A DNA stretch of 64,000 bases from an uncultured delta proteobacterium (GTDB taxonomy: Bacteria > Myxococcota_A > Polyangia > Polyangiales > Polyangiaceae): assembly GCA_963696385.1 (NCBI GenBank), contig CAVOKF010000006.1, positions 192,001 through 256,000 on the forward strand, read 5' to 3'. Shown here piece by piece: positions 10,209 to 20,764 of the stretch. The notes under the pieces were generated by a model. The model had not been told where the DNA came from, searched no databases, and saw only the letters and a program-made list of their open reading frames with translations. Position 1 is the stretch's first letter, and every line of letters starts with the position of its first letter. Made by a program: the position numbers and the translations under genes.

Positions 10209-10583
10209 TCACCCCCCTCCCGCCCCCGCGACCAGCTCGCTGAGCAAAGTCCGGTGACATCGCTCGGGGTCCGAGCATGCCGACGAGCAGAGCAGGGTGA
10301 TCGTCTCGCCGGCCGCGACGCGAGCGCCGAGGTTTACAATCGCCTCCCGGTGCCCGCCCATCTCGGCGAGGTAGCGACGGCGGAATTCGGACCAGTCGAT
10401 CGGAGGTCCGTGCTTGCCATAAAGGGCGGCATGCAGCTCGCGGCTCGGACCGAGCTGAGGCGACCACGCGTCCCAGATCTCGGCGTCCTTCCGGACCCCA
10501 CTTGGACGGTAGCGACAGACGAGCAGGCGGTGGCCGTCGTCGGGCTCGAGGGGATCGTTCCAGCGCTTGGTCTTGATCGGCAT
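10209..10583 (-). CDS. DUF488/YeaO-family protein
   Basis: IKTKRWNDP..DDGHRLLVCRYRPSGV..LGPSREL..FRRRYLAEM..ITLLC..CHR. Confidence 0.8.
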   Translation of the reverse strand: MPIKTKRWNDPLEPDDGHRLLVCRYRPSGVRKDAEIWDAWSPQLGPSRELHAALYGKHGPPIDWSEFRRRYLAEMGGHREAIVNLGARVAAGETITLLCSSACSDPERCHRTLLSELVAGAGGG

Positions 10584-10876
10584 CGACGAAGCTTGATGGG
10601 CGCCGCGCTGCCGGTGCCACTGGCGCGCCACCGCGGCTTATCTGATGTCGACCGCACACCTTTCGATCACCGCGAAGAACGGTTTCCGCACGCACTGGTT
10701 GCGGCCATCCCGAACGTAGGGACGAGCACGCTGTAGGCTCCGTGGCCGAACACATCGCACGCACCGTTATGAGTGCCGCAACCGTGTTACCGTGTTCGGA
10801 AACGCTCGTGACATAAAGCGCGCGGAAAAGACGCGAGCCCCAGGGGACTATCTGGCCTCACTTACCGGCAGCGATC

Positions 10877-11395
10877 ATGGATGATCTTGCCATTCGTCGC
10901 AGCACGGTCGACGGTGCGGAGGCCATGGGGGAGGAAGCGCCTCTGGTTCTTGTTGTTGAGAGCGAAGCCCGCCTGCGCTCGGACTATTGCAACTGGCTCG
11001 CCGAGGAAGGCTACCGAGTCTTCGTCGCAGCAAATGGTCTGGAGGCGCTGGAACTTACGCGGATGCATCGGCCGCTGCTCGTGCTGATGAACCTGGACCT
11101 TCCGGGACTGGACGGCTGGGAGGCGACTCGCGTGCTTCGCCGCGATCCGTGGCTTCGCGAGATCCACGTTGTCGCCTTGACCGGCAGCGCTGCAAAGACG
11201 CGGGATTGCGACGGGCGGTCCGCGGGCTGCGACGCCGTGCTTCGAACCCCGATCCGACGACAGGCCCTGATCGATACGGTCTGTCGGTTTGTGCCCAACA
11301 GCATCCCCGAGTCGATCGTTCGCGTAAAGGTCGTACCGGGGCCCCACGGCCAGGCCATGCATCCCTGGTCTGCCCTGAGACGCAAACGAGCCTAA
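10877..11395 (+). CDS. response-regulator receiver domain protein (atypical)
   Basis: VLVVE..AANGLEAL..LVLMNLDLPGLDGWEATR..VVALTG..AGCD; phosphoacceptor position is N. Confidence 0.75.
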   Translation: MDDLAIRRSTVDGAEAMGEEAPLVLVVESEARLRSDYCNWLAEEGYRVFVAANGLEALELTRMHRPLLVLMNLDLPGLDGWEATRVLRRDPWLREIHVVALTGSAAKTRDCDGRSAGCDAVLRTPIRRQALIDTVCRFVPNSIPESIVRVKVVPGPHGQAMHPWSALRRKRA

Positions 11396-11509
11396 AGCCC
11401 AGCTCGACCGCCTCGGTCTTCTCGCGGAGAGCATCGGCGTTCATGTGCATGCCGGAACCATGGTACGAGGCGGAAGGCGACATGGACTTCGACCAGGAGC
11501 GCGATCGAC

Positions 11510-11726
11510 TCATCGACGACCGCCACGTTGTGCTCTTCGCCGACGGAAACGCCGTGGTGGTCACCGCCGGCACCGAACCGGGCGTTTCTTGCTCGTCTCG
11601 GGAAAGCCCATCGGCGAGCCCATCGCCTGGCGCGGCCCCATCGGGATGAACATGCAGGAGGAACTGCGCGCGGCGTTCGAGGAGCGGGATCGCGGAACGT
11701 TCAAGCATGAGCGCGCGTCGCTTTGA
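11510..11726 (+). pseudogene. pirin C-terminal fragment
   Basis: RFLLVSGKPIGEPIAWRGPIGMNMQEELRAAFEE, frameshifted, with no N-terminus. Confidence 0.65.
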
Positions 11727-11736
11727 GGAGGCCGCC

Positions 11737-12621
11737 ATGACCTCTCCGGACTCGGCCCTTGTCGACGTCGTTATCGAGGCTCGCCCGCGCGACGTGGACG
11801 GCTTCCCCGTGCATCGCGCCCTGCCGTCGCTACAGCGCCGCGGGGTCGGCCCGTTCGTGTTCTTCGATCACATGGGACCGGCCGACCTCGCCCCGGGCGA
11901 TGGCCTGGATGTGCGCCCGCATCCGCACATCGGCCTCGCGACCGTTACCTACCTGTTCGACGGAGAGATTCTCCACCGCGACAACCTTGGCTCCAATCAG
12001 GTGATCCGCACCGGCGACGTGAACTGGATGACCGCAGGGCGCGGCATCGTGCACTCCGAGCGAACCCCCGCCGCGACTCGCGTCCGCGGCGGCCGTACCC
12101 ACGGCCTCCAGACCTGGGTCGCGCTTCCGATCGCAGACGAAGAGGTCGAGCCCGGCTTCCACCATCACCCAGCAAGCAGCGTCCCCGTGAAGGAGCAGCC
12201 GGGCGCTCTTCTGCGCGTCATCGCAGGCACGGCGTACGGCATGGAGTCGCCGGTGCGCGTCTTCTCGCCCACACTCTACGTTCACGTCCGGCTCGATGCC
12301 GGCGCCGAGCTCGCCGTGGACGACGGCCATGCCGAGCGAGCCGTGTACGCCGTCGACGGCGAGGTCGAGTTGGGCGGCGCGCTGCGCTTGCCCGGCCAGC
12401 TTGTCGTACTCCGGTCGGGGACTCGGACGATCGTACGCGCCCGGACCGCAGCAAACGTGTTGCTCGTCGGCGGCGCGCCCCTCGACGGACCGCGGCACGT
12501 CTGGTGGAACTTCGTCTCGAGCTCGGAGGAGCGCATCGAGCGGGCGAAGCGAGAGTGGAAGGAAGGCGCCTTCCCGAAGGTGCCCGGGGACGACGTCGAG
12601 TTCATTCCGCTTCCGGAGTAG
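11737..12621 (+). CDS. pirin-family protein
   Basis: GPFVFFDHMGP, HPHIGLATVTY, WMTAGRGIVHSE and HGLQTWVALP motifs; GAGGAGG RBS. Confidence 0.95.
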   Translation: MTSPDSALVDVVIEARPRDVDGFPVHRALPSLQRRGVGPFVFFDHMGPADLAPGDGLDVRPHPHIGLATVTYLFDGEILHRDNLGSNQVIRTGDVNWMTAGRGIVHSERTPAATRVRGGRTHGLQTWVALPIADEEVEPGFHHHPASSVPVKEQPGALLRVIAGTAYGMESPVRVFSPTLYVHVRLDAGAELAVDDGHAERAVYAVDGEVELGGALRLPGQLVVLRSGTRTIVRARTAANVLLVGGAPLDGPRHVWWNFVSSSEERIERAKREWKEGAFPKVPGDDVEFIPLPE

Positions 12622-12805
12622 TTGACGGGACACATCGTGCAGCTTGGGCGATGCCACGCCCTTGTGCGTTGAGAGGACCTCGCGCCGTGCCGCGGAACGA
12701 GCGTCCCGACTCTTCCAGATTACGCCTATCCATCCGCTGCTCGGTGCGCGACGGCAACAGTCGCCACTTCCATACTCGACTGGATTGGGCTTAAGACTTT
12801 GAAGC

Positions 12806-12970
12806 ATGGCCACCGCAATCATGGACCGCGCGGCGCAGATGTTCCCCCAGCTCACGCCGGCGCATCTCGAGCGCATCTCGAGCGTCGGGTATCGACGCGA
12901 CGTCCACGTGGGCGACCAGAACACGCGCTTTTTCGTGGTGGTGTCGGGCGCGATCGATATCGTTCGGATG
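12806..12970 (+). pseudogene. N-terminal fragment of a cNMP-binding (thioredoxin reductase-like) protein
   Basis: QMFPQLTPAHLERI..GDQNTRFFVVVSGAIDIVR, then truncated. Confidence 0.55.
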
Positions 12971-13133
12971 ATCGTTGATCGGATGACGCCCTCCGCGCTC
13001 AGGATGACACCCGACGCGACTGTCGCCGTATTGAGCCCTGCCCCGACTTGACGCCGTCCGCAAAAGCGGGTGAGGTGGGCGATCGTCGGAGCGAGTGTGG
13101 GCAGCGGCCTCCGGCCGGCCGGGGCGGGCACCA

Positions 13134-14140
13134 ATGAGTCAGGTTCTTGAGCTAGCAGCGGATGTTCGGCAAGGCGACGTGCTCGGTGGCAAGTACCGCA
13201 TCGAGCGTGTCCTCGGTGTAGGGGGGCATGGGCGTCGTCGTCGCGGCTCGCCACATCGAGCTCGACAGTCGGGTGGCTCTCAAGTTTCTGCTTCCCGAGT
13301 TGGTCGCCAGCCCGGAAGCCGTCGCGCGATTCGCCGGCGAGGCACGAGCAGCTGTTCAGATCCAGAACGAGCACGTAGCGCGGGTCCTCGACGTCGGCAC
13401 TCTCGATAACGGTGCTCCGTCCATGGTGATGGAGTTCCTCGAGGGCAGGGATCTGTCGACGTGGCTGGAGCAGCGAGGACCCCTGCCCGTCGAGCAAGCG
13501 GTTGAGTTCATCTTGCAGGCGTGCGTCGCGGTAGCAGACGCCCATCGCTTGGGGATCATCCATAGAGACCTGAAGCCGCAAATCTCTTCTGCATCCGTCG
13601 GACCGATGGGCAATTCGTGGTCAAGGTTCTTGACTTCGGGATCTCCAAGCTGAGAAGGACGCCCGAAGGGGATCGAGCCTCCGGGATGTCGGTCACGAAG
13701 ACCAGCGCCTTGATGGGCTCGCCGCTCTACATGTCCCCCGAGCAAATGCGCTCGTCCAAGGACGTCAACGCGCAGACCGACGTTTGGGCGCTGGGCGTCA
13801 TCTTGTTCGAGTTACTCACGGGGCGGGCGCCCTTTCTCGGTGAAACCGTCACCGAAGTCGCCATCCACGTCGCCACGCAGCAGCCGCCGCCTATTCGCAG
13901 CCTTCGACCGGACGCTCCGCCGGGACGGTAATCTTCAAGTGTCTCGAGAAGCAGCGCGGAAAGCGATACGCCCACGTTGCAGACCTGGCCGTCGGGCTGC
14001 TCTGCCATCGGTGGCTGAACGCATGGCTCTGACGCCCCCGAACATCGCGGCGCGGTTACCTGCGAGTACCGCTTCTCGGCCAACCGCGACGCCGACTCCG
14101 ACTCAGGGCGGCGAGGGCTTTCTCAAGATCAACTCGATCC
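13134..14140 (+). pseudogene. Ser/Thr protein kinase with several frameshifts, C-terminally truncated
   Basis: KYRIERVLGVGG / VALK / HRDLKP / KVLDFGISK / GSPLYMSPEQ / DVWALG spread over three or more frames. Confidence 0.85.
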
Positions 14141-14149
14141 CTGCGAGAT

Positions 14150-14396
14150 GCGGAGACGCAAACTGGAGTGAAAGTGACCATGGTGAAGCGACCGGACATC
14201 AAAGGCTTTGTGGTCGTACCAAAGCGGTGGATCGTTGAGCGCTGCTTCGGATGGATGAATCGCGATCGTCGTCTCTCAAAGGACTACGAGCGCAGCCATC
14301 GAAAGCAGTGAGGCGTGGATTCAGCTGAGCTTCGTCCACAGAATGGTCCGGCAGCTCGCCAGCTGAAATTCTCGCGCGTATCAGGTAAACACCCTC
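14150..14396 (+). mobile_element. IS5-family (IS1031/IS427-like) right-end remnant
   Basis: [31 protein letters not shown]; ends in TAAACACCCTC followed by TTA. Confidence 0.8.
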
Positions 14397-15248
14397 TTAC
14401 GGGCAACCCTTGCCTTGTTCGTAAGATTCGAGTTCGCTCAAGCAGTCTAGATCATTGATGTTTATCGGCGGACAATACAGTGATACCAGTGAACATGGGC
14501 AGCCAGCTGGGTACACCGCGTTTTCCAAACTGGCCATTCCAGTTCCATTCAAGGTAAAAGTACCCATGGCATTAGTTCCTGATACCACGGCCATCGTTGC
14601 GTCTTGGATCGTAAAGCTGAACGTGGTGCCATCGACGGCGCCGATCGTGACGGTGCCCCCGGTGGATCTCCAAACCAATTCGCCGGCCACGCCGCTGTCC
14701 TCGCCCGTTTCGTCCGTGTATTCGATCGAAGACGTATCCAAGTTCAACGAAACGACTGTTCCAGTACTTGGTATACCGCCATCATCAGACGTATTCACCA
14801 ATGTCAAACCCGCATTCCGACTGCCACTTCTAATAGCGATTCCTACATAAGTGCCCACAACTGCATTATCATAACCATATATTGGAGATGAGTCCCCGTT
14901 GTACCCAACGATGTTTGAAAATGTAAGTGACGCGCTGCAAGGGCCGGCGGGTGCTGCCCCTCCATCGGTGAATATAACGGGCCCGCTCTCCGGCATGACG
15001 CTCGTTTCGGCTACGGCGACGTCTTGGCTTGTCCCGTCAAGCACGGACGCGCTATCCGAGGTCGCATCGACAGGGATGCTTGCGTCCCCTGTCGGGGAGC
15101 TTGCTTCCGGAGTCGCAGTGCTGCTGTCCAGAACGGGTCCCCCGCTGTCAATGGCAGGCACGCCCGGACCGTTGCTTGAACTGCAAGCGAGAAAAACGCC
15201 CGACGCCAGAGAGCCCAGAGCCGTAAGTGAATGTCGATTCATTGGCAA
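14397..15248 (-). CDS. hypothetical secreted lipoprotein
   Basis: Lipobox FLAC, S/T/D-rich linker, beta-rich domain, Cys-rich tail. Confidence 0.8.
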   Translation of the reverse strand: MPMNRHSLTALGSLASGVFLACSSSNGPGVPAIDSGGPVLDSSTATPEASSPTGDASIPVDATSDSASVLDGTSQDVAVAETSVMPESGPVIFTDGGAAPAGPCSASLTFSNIVGYNGDSSPIYGYDNAVVGTYVGIAIRSGSRNAGLTLVNTSDDGGIPSTGTVVSLNLDTSSIEYTDETGEDSGVAGELVWRSTGGTVTIGAVDGTTFSFTIQDATMAVVSGTNAMGTFTLNGTGMASLENAVYPAGCPCSLVSLYCPPININDLDCLSELESYEQGKGCP

Positions 15249-15318
15249 AGCCTGTGCCTTTCTAAATCAAGAAGCTCGGCCCCGTCTCTCGAAGAACGGA
15301 GCCGGGCTTCTCTTTGCC

Positions 15319-16680
15319 TTACTGCAATTCGTACGTGCTGTAGGAAGTCCCCCCGTTGTCTACGGGATAGGTCAGCACGATGCTGGTCGCATCGGCCGTG
15401 TACTGCTCCGACCCAGAGCCCGTCGCCCCGCACACGAACGTGTACGACTGCGTCCCGCTCGAAACCGTATAGGTGGCGCCGACCACGAAATCGCCGTAGA
15501 TGTCTCCCCCGTCCGAACTATCGAACCCAGCGTCCGGATCCGTGTATTCCAGCGTGTGGTAAAGAATCGTGTCCGATGTGATCTGGAACACCTGCTGCGT
15601 CGGAGGGTTCGATGCGCTCGTGCTTGAGCCCGGGGGAAAGTAAAAGGTGGTGGCCGTCAAAACGTAGGTCCCCGGCGTGATCGTGCCGCCAATCGTGGGA
15701 GGCGGAGCCGTATAAACATTCGTCGAATTGACAATGGGTGCGCTCGTCAAATCGAGCGCGATGCACAAGCCCGCATCGTTGCCGGAATCGGTCCCAGCAT
15801 CCTCAGGCTTTCCGCTATCGGGAGTCCCGGAGTCCACGTACTTCCCACTGTCGGGAGTCCCGGAGTCCACGTACTTCCCACTGTCGGGAGTCCCGGAGTC
15901 CTCGAACCCGGAGTCCGGCTTCCCGCTGTCCGTTCCGGCGTCCACGACCGTGTTTGCATCGACCAATATTTCGGCCGACCCGGTCACGCCCGCAATGCTC
16001 GCCTCAATCGTGGACTTTCCTACGGATAACCCGGTCACGACGCCCTCGGCCGACACGCTTGCTACAGCAGGATCCGAAGAGGTCCACGTTACCGACGACG
16101 TGATGGTCTCAGTCGATTTGACCCCGTTCGCTTTGAAGCTGCCAACCGCCGTGAAGCTCTCCGTAGCCCCCTTCTGAATGGTGTCGCTCGCCGGATTCAC
16201 CGTGATCGAGGCCGGACCCACAACATTAAGGAGCACCGGAAAGGGTACTACGGTGTACGTGTCTACGTCAAATGGGTAACTGAGAACCGAGTTCGCTTCC
16301 AGGATCCCAAGCCCCGGCTTGGATCCGGCTGTAACAAGCCCCGTCGAACTCACGGAAGCATCCACGCCACCGCTTATCGTCCAGGTCGTGCTGACCACAG
16401 TAGCGTCGCTTTGGAGAGGAGGGTCAAAATGGGGCGTGAATTGCAGCTGCCCGGCGATCGGTATTTGTAGATAGATATCCGTCACACCGGCCGGCGTCTC
16501 GAAAGTGGGAGCGTAAGAAGTGAGTGAAATGATGCCGCCCACCGGCGGCGGAATGATGCCGTACTGCGCCTCCTTCGAAACCCCTTCCGGCTCGTCTGTA
16601 CTTTGCGCAAGACATGCTGACAAAACGAACGCGGCCAAAATGCACACCCCAACCCTGTACCACCCCTTAACTTTGATCAT
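15319..16680 (-). CDS. Ig-like (Big_2) domain lipoprotein
   Basis: LSAC lipobox; SITVNPAS..VTWTSSDPAVASVSAEGVVTGLSVGKSTIEAS. Confidence 0.85.
   Translation of the reverse strand: MIKVKGWYRVGVCILAAFVLSACLAQSTDEPEGVSKEAQYGIIPPPVGGIISLTSYAPTFETPAGVTDIYLQIPIAGQLQFTPHFDPPLQSDATVVSTTWTISGGVDASVSSTGLVTAGSKPGLGILEANSVLSYPFDVDTYTVVPFPVLLNVVGPASITVNPASDTIQKGATESFTAVGSFKANGVKSTETITSSVTWTSSDPAVASVSAEGVVTGLSVGKSTIEASIAGVTGSAEILVDANTVVDAGTDSGKPDSGFEDSGTPDSGKYVDSGTPDSGKYVDSGTPDSGKPEDAGTDSGNDAGLCIALDLTSAPIVNSTNVYTAPPPTIGGTITPGTYVLTATTFYFPPGSSTSASNPPTQQVFQITSDTILYHTLEYTDPDAGFDSSDGGDIYGDFVVGATYTVSSGTQSYTFVCGATGSGSEQYTADATSIVLTYPVDNGGTSYSTYELQ
15818..15901 (-). repeat. 33-bp coding tandem repeat (DSGTPDSGKYV)
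   Basis: Units start at 15818, 15851 and 15884. Confidence 0.9.
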
Positions 16681-17667
16681 GTAGTACCTACTTTCAATTG
16701 GCGTAGTTGAAATGCCAAATCAATAAACCGCTCCCGTGCGGTAGGGTGCGCAAACGCTCTTTAAACGTTTGCACCCCACTGACGTCGAGCGAGCCCCTCA
16801 CGGGACGTACAAGTCGAGCGTCGCCGGCGTCGTGCCGCGCCAGGCCACGTCGGCCACCTTGGCCAGAACGCTGTTGTGTTCGAGTGGGCGAGCCATAGCG
16901 ATTCGCCGCTGCAGTCACAACGAGCGCCCCAAAAGGTATTCAGGGTGCACTTGCGGGTTTCCGCGCGTGCGCTCCCTGGTCGCTGCGAGAATGGAGGCCA
17001 CCTACGCGCTGCCGGTCGACGTGTGACCACCCGTCTCGGATATGCTGCTTCAGGAGTCGAATGAACCATGAAAGCGCCCTCCACAAGCTACGCGCATCGC
17101 GTACAAACGGCGCTTCTAACATCGAGAAAACTCCGGCGGTATCATGGACAACCCTCGAGCGCCGACGAGGAGGAGTCCATGTAAGGTCGACGACGTCGTT
17201 GCTGCGGCGCCGAGCGCTCGTAAGCTGTTGCGATGCACGTATGCCCGCACAACCACGGTGCTTTTCGTCACCGAAGCGCGCTGATCGAGGTCGGCACGCG
17301 GTTGGTCTCCGCCGCGAATCCTTCATCGCTCTGTGCGCGCCTGCCCAGCAAGAAATTCCTTCGATGGAAAGAGCACGGCAAAAGGAGAACCACATGTCCC
17401 TCGACCCTCTCGCCGTCCGCGTCCCCCGCCGTCATGCAGCCGTCGTGCCCGTCCCAGCCGAGATCGTGCGGATCGAGTACAGCGATTCAGGCCGGATCTC
17501 GGCTCAAAACCTGACAAGGATGCTGGAGCCCGAAGTTGGGGTCCTCGTAAAGCTGAGGTTCCGTGCTGCTCGATGCGGTCGTTCTCTTGCTTAAGTTTCA
17601 CGAGCGGGGCGCCGGTCTGCCGGCCCCCATTACCCCCAAAAACAAGTCGTACAAGGAGTAAGAAATC

Positions 17668-17931
17668 ATGAGCACGGAAAGGTATCCGAAAAAGCTCGCC
17701 GCTGAACTGCATCAGTTTCGGATCACTGACGAAACTGGTCCGTCCAACGTTCTCAGTTTTGTCGTCATGCCGTGCTTTCACGGCGACAGCGGGTGGTTCG
17801 GTCTTCTTAAGAACCCAGAAACGAACTCGTGGCTCGAGTTACTTTTTCAAGAAGGAGAAAGCAAAATTGCACTCGCGGCCCGTATTCGTGAGCGGCTCGG
17901 TGCCGAGGTGGTTTCGGTAGGAACGCGGTGA
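17668..17931 (+). CDS. hypothetical protein
   Basis: AAGGAG RBS upstream of ATG; 87 aa. Confidence 0.55.
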   Translation: MSTERYPKKLAAELHQFRITDETGPSNVLSFVVMPCFHGDSGWFGLLKNPETNSWLELLFQEGESKIALAARIRERLGAEVVSVGTR

Positions 17932-18017
17932 TGCAGGGAAGGGGCGGGGTGGGGCTTCGAAATCGCCCCGCCTCGCGCCGCCTTTCTGCACAAGCAAACT
18001 TGTGCCTGGAGGTTCCA

Positions 18018-18563
18018 ATGAGCGTATCTAAAGATCTCCTAACGGCGGAGGGCGCCACGTGTCACGCCGAGCGCATGTGCAGCGCACTTCACGACCACTT
18101 CGCGACTGGTTCTGAGCTGGGTGTTCATGCGGGTCACGTACTCGCGACGCAGTCATTCCGTGAGCGTGGGGAAACTGTGATCGTGAAACCCGGTGACGTG
18201 CGTGTGGCCGTTTTCGCGCAGCCCGCCGTGAGCGCGAATGCGTCCCGTCGGGCTCAAAAGCACTTCACCGACCACGTACGCCGTATGATCAAGAGGACCA
18301 AGGCTATTGGGGTGGTGACCGTCTCGGAGGTCTGGGCTGTGGCGACCGCGGAGGCGCCGGACGTCACGCCGGAGATGGATGTGAGTCATCATCCGGCGCG
18401 ACGGGAGGCGGTCATCGTTTCGCTCGAACACGTGCGGACGTCGGGCCTGTGGGTCGCCGAGCTCACGCCTTCGCGCTTGCTCGGCCCATTCATTCGTATC
18501 GATCAAGAATGTGTTGCGCGCGGCGTGTTCGACGACTTGTTGGACAAGGCGCGATTCGCTTGA
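18018..18563 (+). CDS. hypothetical protein
   Basis: GGAGG RBS before ATG 18018; globular composition (GVVTVSEVW..HPARREAVIV). Confidence 0.65.
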   Translation: MSVSKDLLTAEGATCHAERMCSALHDHFATGSELGVHAGHVLATQSFRERGETVIVKPGDVRVAVFAQPAVSANASRRAQKHFTDHVRRMIKRTKAIGVVTVSEVWAVATAEAPDVTPEMDVSHHPARREAVIVSLEHVRTSGLWVAELTPSRLLGPFIRIDQECVARGVFDDLLDKARFA

Positions 18564-18589
18564 GCCGGCGCCTGAGGAGGACCATCACC

Positions 18590-18808
18590 ATGAGAGTTAA
18601 CCTCGACAATGTTTTCGACGCAATTGTTCGCCGAATGGGGCGTCAAATCGTGGTGTGGACGCAGCCGTCAAAACAGGGGCTGCCCTACGTCGCTTGTTAT
18701 TATATCGCAACTCGTCCGGACGGAGTCCCCCACGGCCATCCTTATGCGCTTTGGGCCGCGGCGGACACGCCCGAACACGCCGTCGACGGGGTGATAGCCC
18801 AGTTATAG
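18590..18808 (+). CDS. hypothetical protein
   Basis: GAGGAGG RBS before ATG; third gene of a small operon. Confidence 0.55.
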   Translation: MRVNLDNVFDAIVRRMGRQIVVWTQPSKQGLPYVACYYIATRPDGVPHGHPYALWAAADTPEHAVDGVIAQL

Positions 18809-19088
18809 TGCTGGCTGCGAACGCCGCGCTCCCCGTTTCTGCTGAGGTCGACGAAGCACGTGCGGACCAAAGCACCTGGGTTGGTGCCGGTACCCCAAGT
18901 TGTCGGGCTTCATGCGTAAGCAGTTCCGAGCGAGGCCGGGGTTTGCCGCTCGTGATTCTTTGTGAGGTTCGATAGAACGACGCGAGTGCATGCGCCGAGT
19001 GGCTGCGCTCGGGCGTTCCGACGCTCCTTGCCGAAAATCGGCTCAGCCTACCGAGGTCGACACGACGGCACCCAGGCGATCAACGCCG

Positions 19089-20156
19089 TCACAGGGAGTG
19101 CGGCCCAAGCCCCAAACAGCAGGGCACGACTTGAACGTCTACGTTGAGCCAGCCCTGAATCCCCACACCCGTTCCCAAATTCGAGATTCCGCCGAGAGCG
19201 CTGCAACTCAAGTCGATGTGGTTCGCCTGCCTGGACGTGCACCAGCCCTCGCTCGAAGCTACGTTGGTCGGGTGATTGTGAGGGCAGGCGTCGATCACCT
19301 CGATGACCACGTACTCGGTTGTTCCGCAGTACATATCGTGATTGTACCCACCTTCCGAAATTGTCCCATTCGGATCACATTTCACCGCCACGCACTTGCC
19401 GCAATCCTGCTCCATGGGACAGGAGGGGGCCGTCGTGCAATTGCCTGTGCCACCTCCCTGGCACTCGCACTCGCCCCCGGACCAGATACTGCTCAAGTCC
19501 CCCGGGGCGCCATAGTAGCTCGAGTCGTTGGCCGTGCCTGACGAGTAGGTGGCGAGGGTGACGTTGCCTTCCATTTCCGATACGCAAGCCGAGTCCGCGA
19601 TGTCGGTCGTGTCCGTGAAGTTTGAGTAACTGGCGCAATCGCCCGCCGAATGATTGCCGAACATGGTGGCGGCGTAGCCCGTGAGCCAAGTGCCCAGGGC
19701 GCACGATCCGCCGCTGCCGCTCGAAGACGATCTGCTCGAAGAAGACGAGCTACTTGAACTGGAGCTCGAACTTGAACTCGTGCTTGAACTTGAACTCGTG
19801 CTTGAACTTGAACTCGCGCTCGACGAACTTGAACTGGAACTCGTGCTCGACGAACTTGAACTTGAACTCGTGCTCGACGAACTTGAACTTGAACTTGAAC
19901 TTGAACTCGTGCTGGAGCTTGAACTTGAGCTTGAACTCGGGGGAACGGTGCTAGAGCCCGAAGCGTTGCCGCCTCCGTCATCTTCGGCCCCAGGGAGCTG
20001 GCCGATTGACGATGTCCCGGCCGTGTAGCTCAACCCCGAAGAGCTGGCTGTCGATCCGTTCGAATTGACAGGTCCAGTTCCGCCCGAGAAGGTACTGGGT
20101 CCGCACGCGACGACAACGCTACTCCCCAACACGGCACAGCGAATGAGTGTACGCAC
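19089..20156 (-). CDS. expansin/GH45-like (DPBB) Cys-rich lipoprotein with poly-Ser linker
   Basis: VVAC lipobox; CGKCVAVKC..VIEVIDACP..WC..NHIDLS; GGAGG RBS before GTG. Confidence 0.75.
   Translation of the reverse strand: MRTLIRCAVLGSSVVVACGPSTFSGGTGPVNSNGSTASSSGLSYTAGTSSIGQLPGAEDDGGGNASGSSTVPPSSSSSSSSSTSSSSSSSSSSSSTSSSSSSSSTSSSSSSSSASSSSSTSSSSSTSSSSSSSSSSSSSSSRSSSSGSGGSCALGTWLTGYAATMFGNHSAGDCASYSNFTDTTDIADSACVSEMEGNVTLATYSSGTANDSSYYGAPGDLSSIWSGGECECQGGGTGNCTTAPSCPMEQDCGKCVAVKCDPNGTISEGGYNHDMYCGTTEYVVIEVIDACPHNHPTNVASSEGWCTSRQANHIDLSCSALGGISNLGTGVGIQGWLNVDVQVVPCCLGLGPHSL
19735..19940 (-). repeat. (TCAAGT)n-rich low-complexity repeat encoding about 65-residue poly-Ser
   Basis: Many GAACTT units on the + strand. 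Confidence 0.9.
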
Positions 20157-20439
20157 GGTTAACCTCCACACGATAGCTTTACGATAGGTCGAGTCGCCCC
20201 ATCTCACCGTATCGGGAGTCGGTGGAAACATGGCCGTAGCCGTTGACGCCGAAGCTGTACAACAATTTCGCGAATAGCAAGCAACGAAACATCTTTGCCT
20301 CCTCCTCTTGCTCAATCTTCACTCGACACGCTCGTGGGGTGCCGGTCCCATTTTGGCGAGCTCGTTGTCGGACATTTTGCTACACGAGCTCACGCACGTC
20401 CAGCACCCCCATGTCTTGCGCCGTCGTGTCGGCCCACCC

Positions 20440-20750
20440 TTCGGTTTTGCTTTCGGCAGAGGATCGTAAGGTTGACGAATAGTTCGAGTAGCGCCCGAAG
20501 AAACTGGTTTTAGCTTGGTCATGTCCCGCAGGGCGAACCCGATCTCTCGACAACTCCGTGGTGCCGGGGCTGTCGTCTTGTCATGGGTCCGCGCGAAACA
20601 AAATGTGATCGCGATGGCCAAGACTGGAGTTGGCAAAAGCTATATCGCTGCCGCCCTTGCGCAGGCGGCTTGTCGCCAAGGTTTTCGTGCGCTTTGTACA
20701 CCCGTGCCACGGCTATTGCGCGAGACGAATGCCGCGCCCGCCGCGACACG
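20440..20750 (+). mobile_element. IS21-family IstB ATPase remnant
   Basis: WVRAKQNVIAMAKTGVGKSYIAAALAQAACRQGFRAL..VPRLL (degenerate Walker A). Confidence 0.75.
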
Positions 20751-20764
20751 ATCAACGCCAAGGG

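Noticed and set aside
11830..13581. Long antisense ORFs (also 23281-24891, 35729-37567, 58201-60084)
   Set aside because: Typical high-GC shadow ORFs opposite recognisable genes
19681..20028. Poly-(LE) and poly-(QV) ORFs
   Set aside because: Antisense or alternate-frame shadows of the poly-Ser repeat
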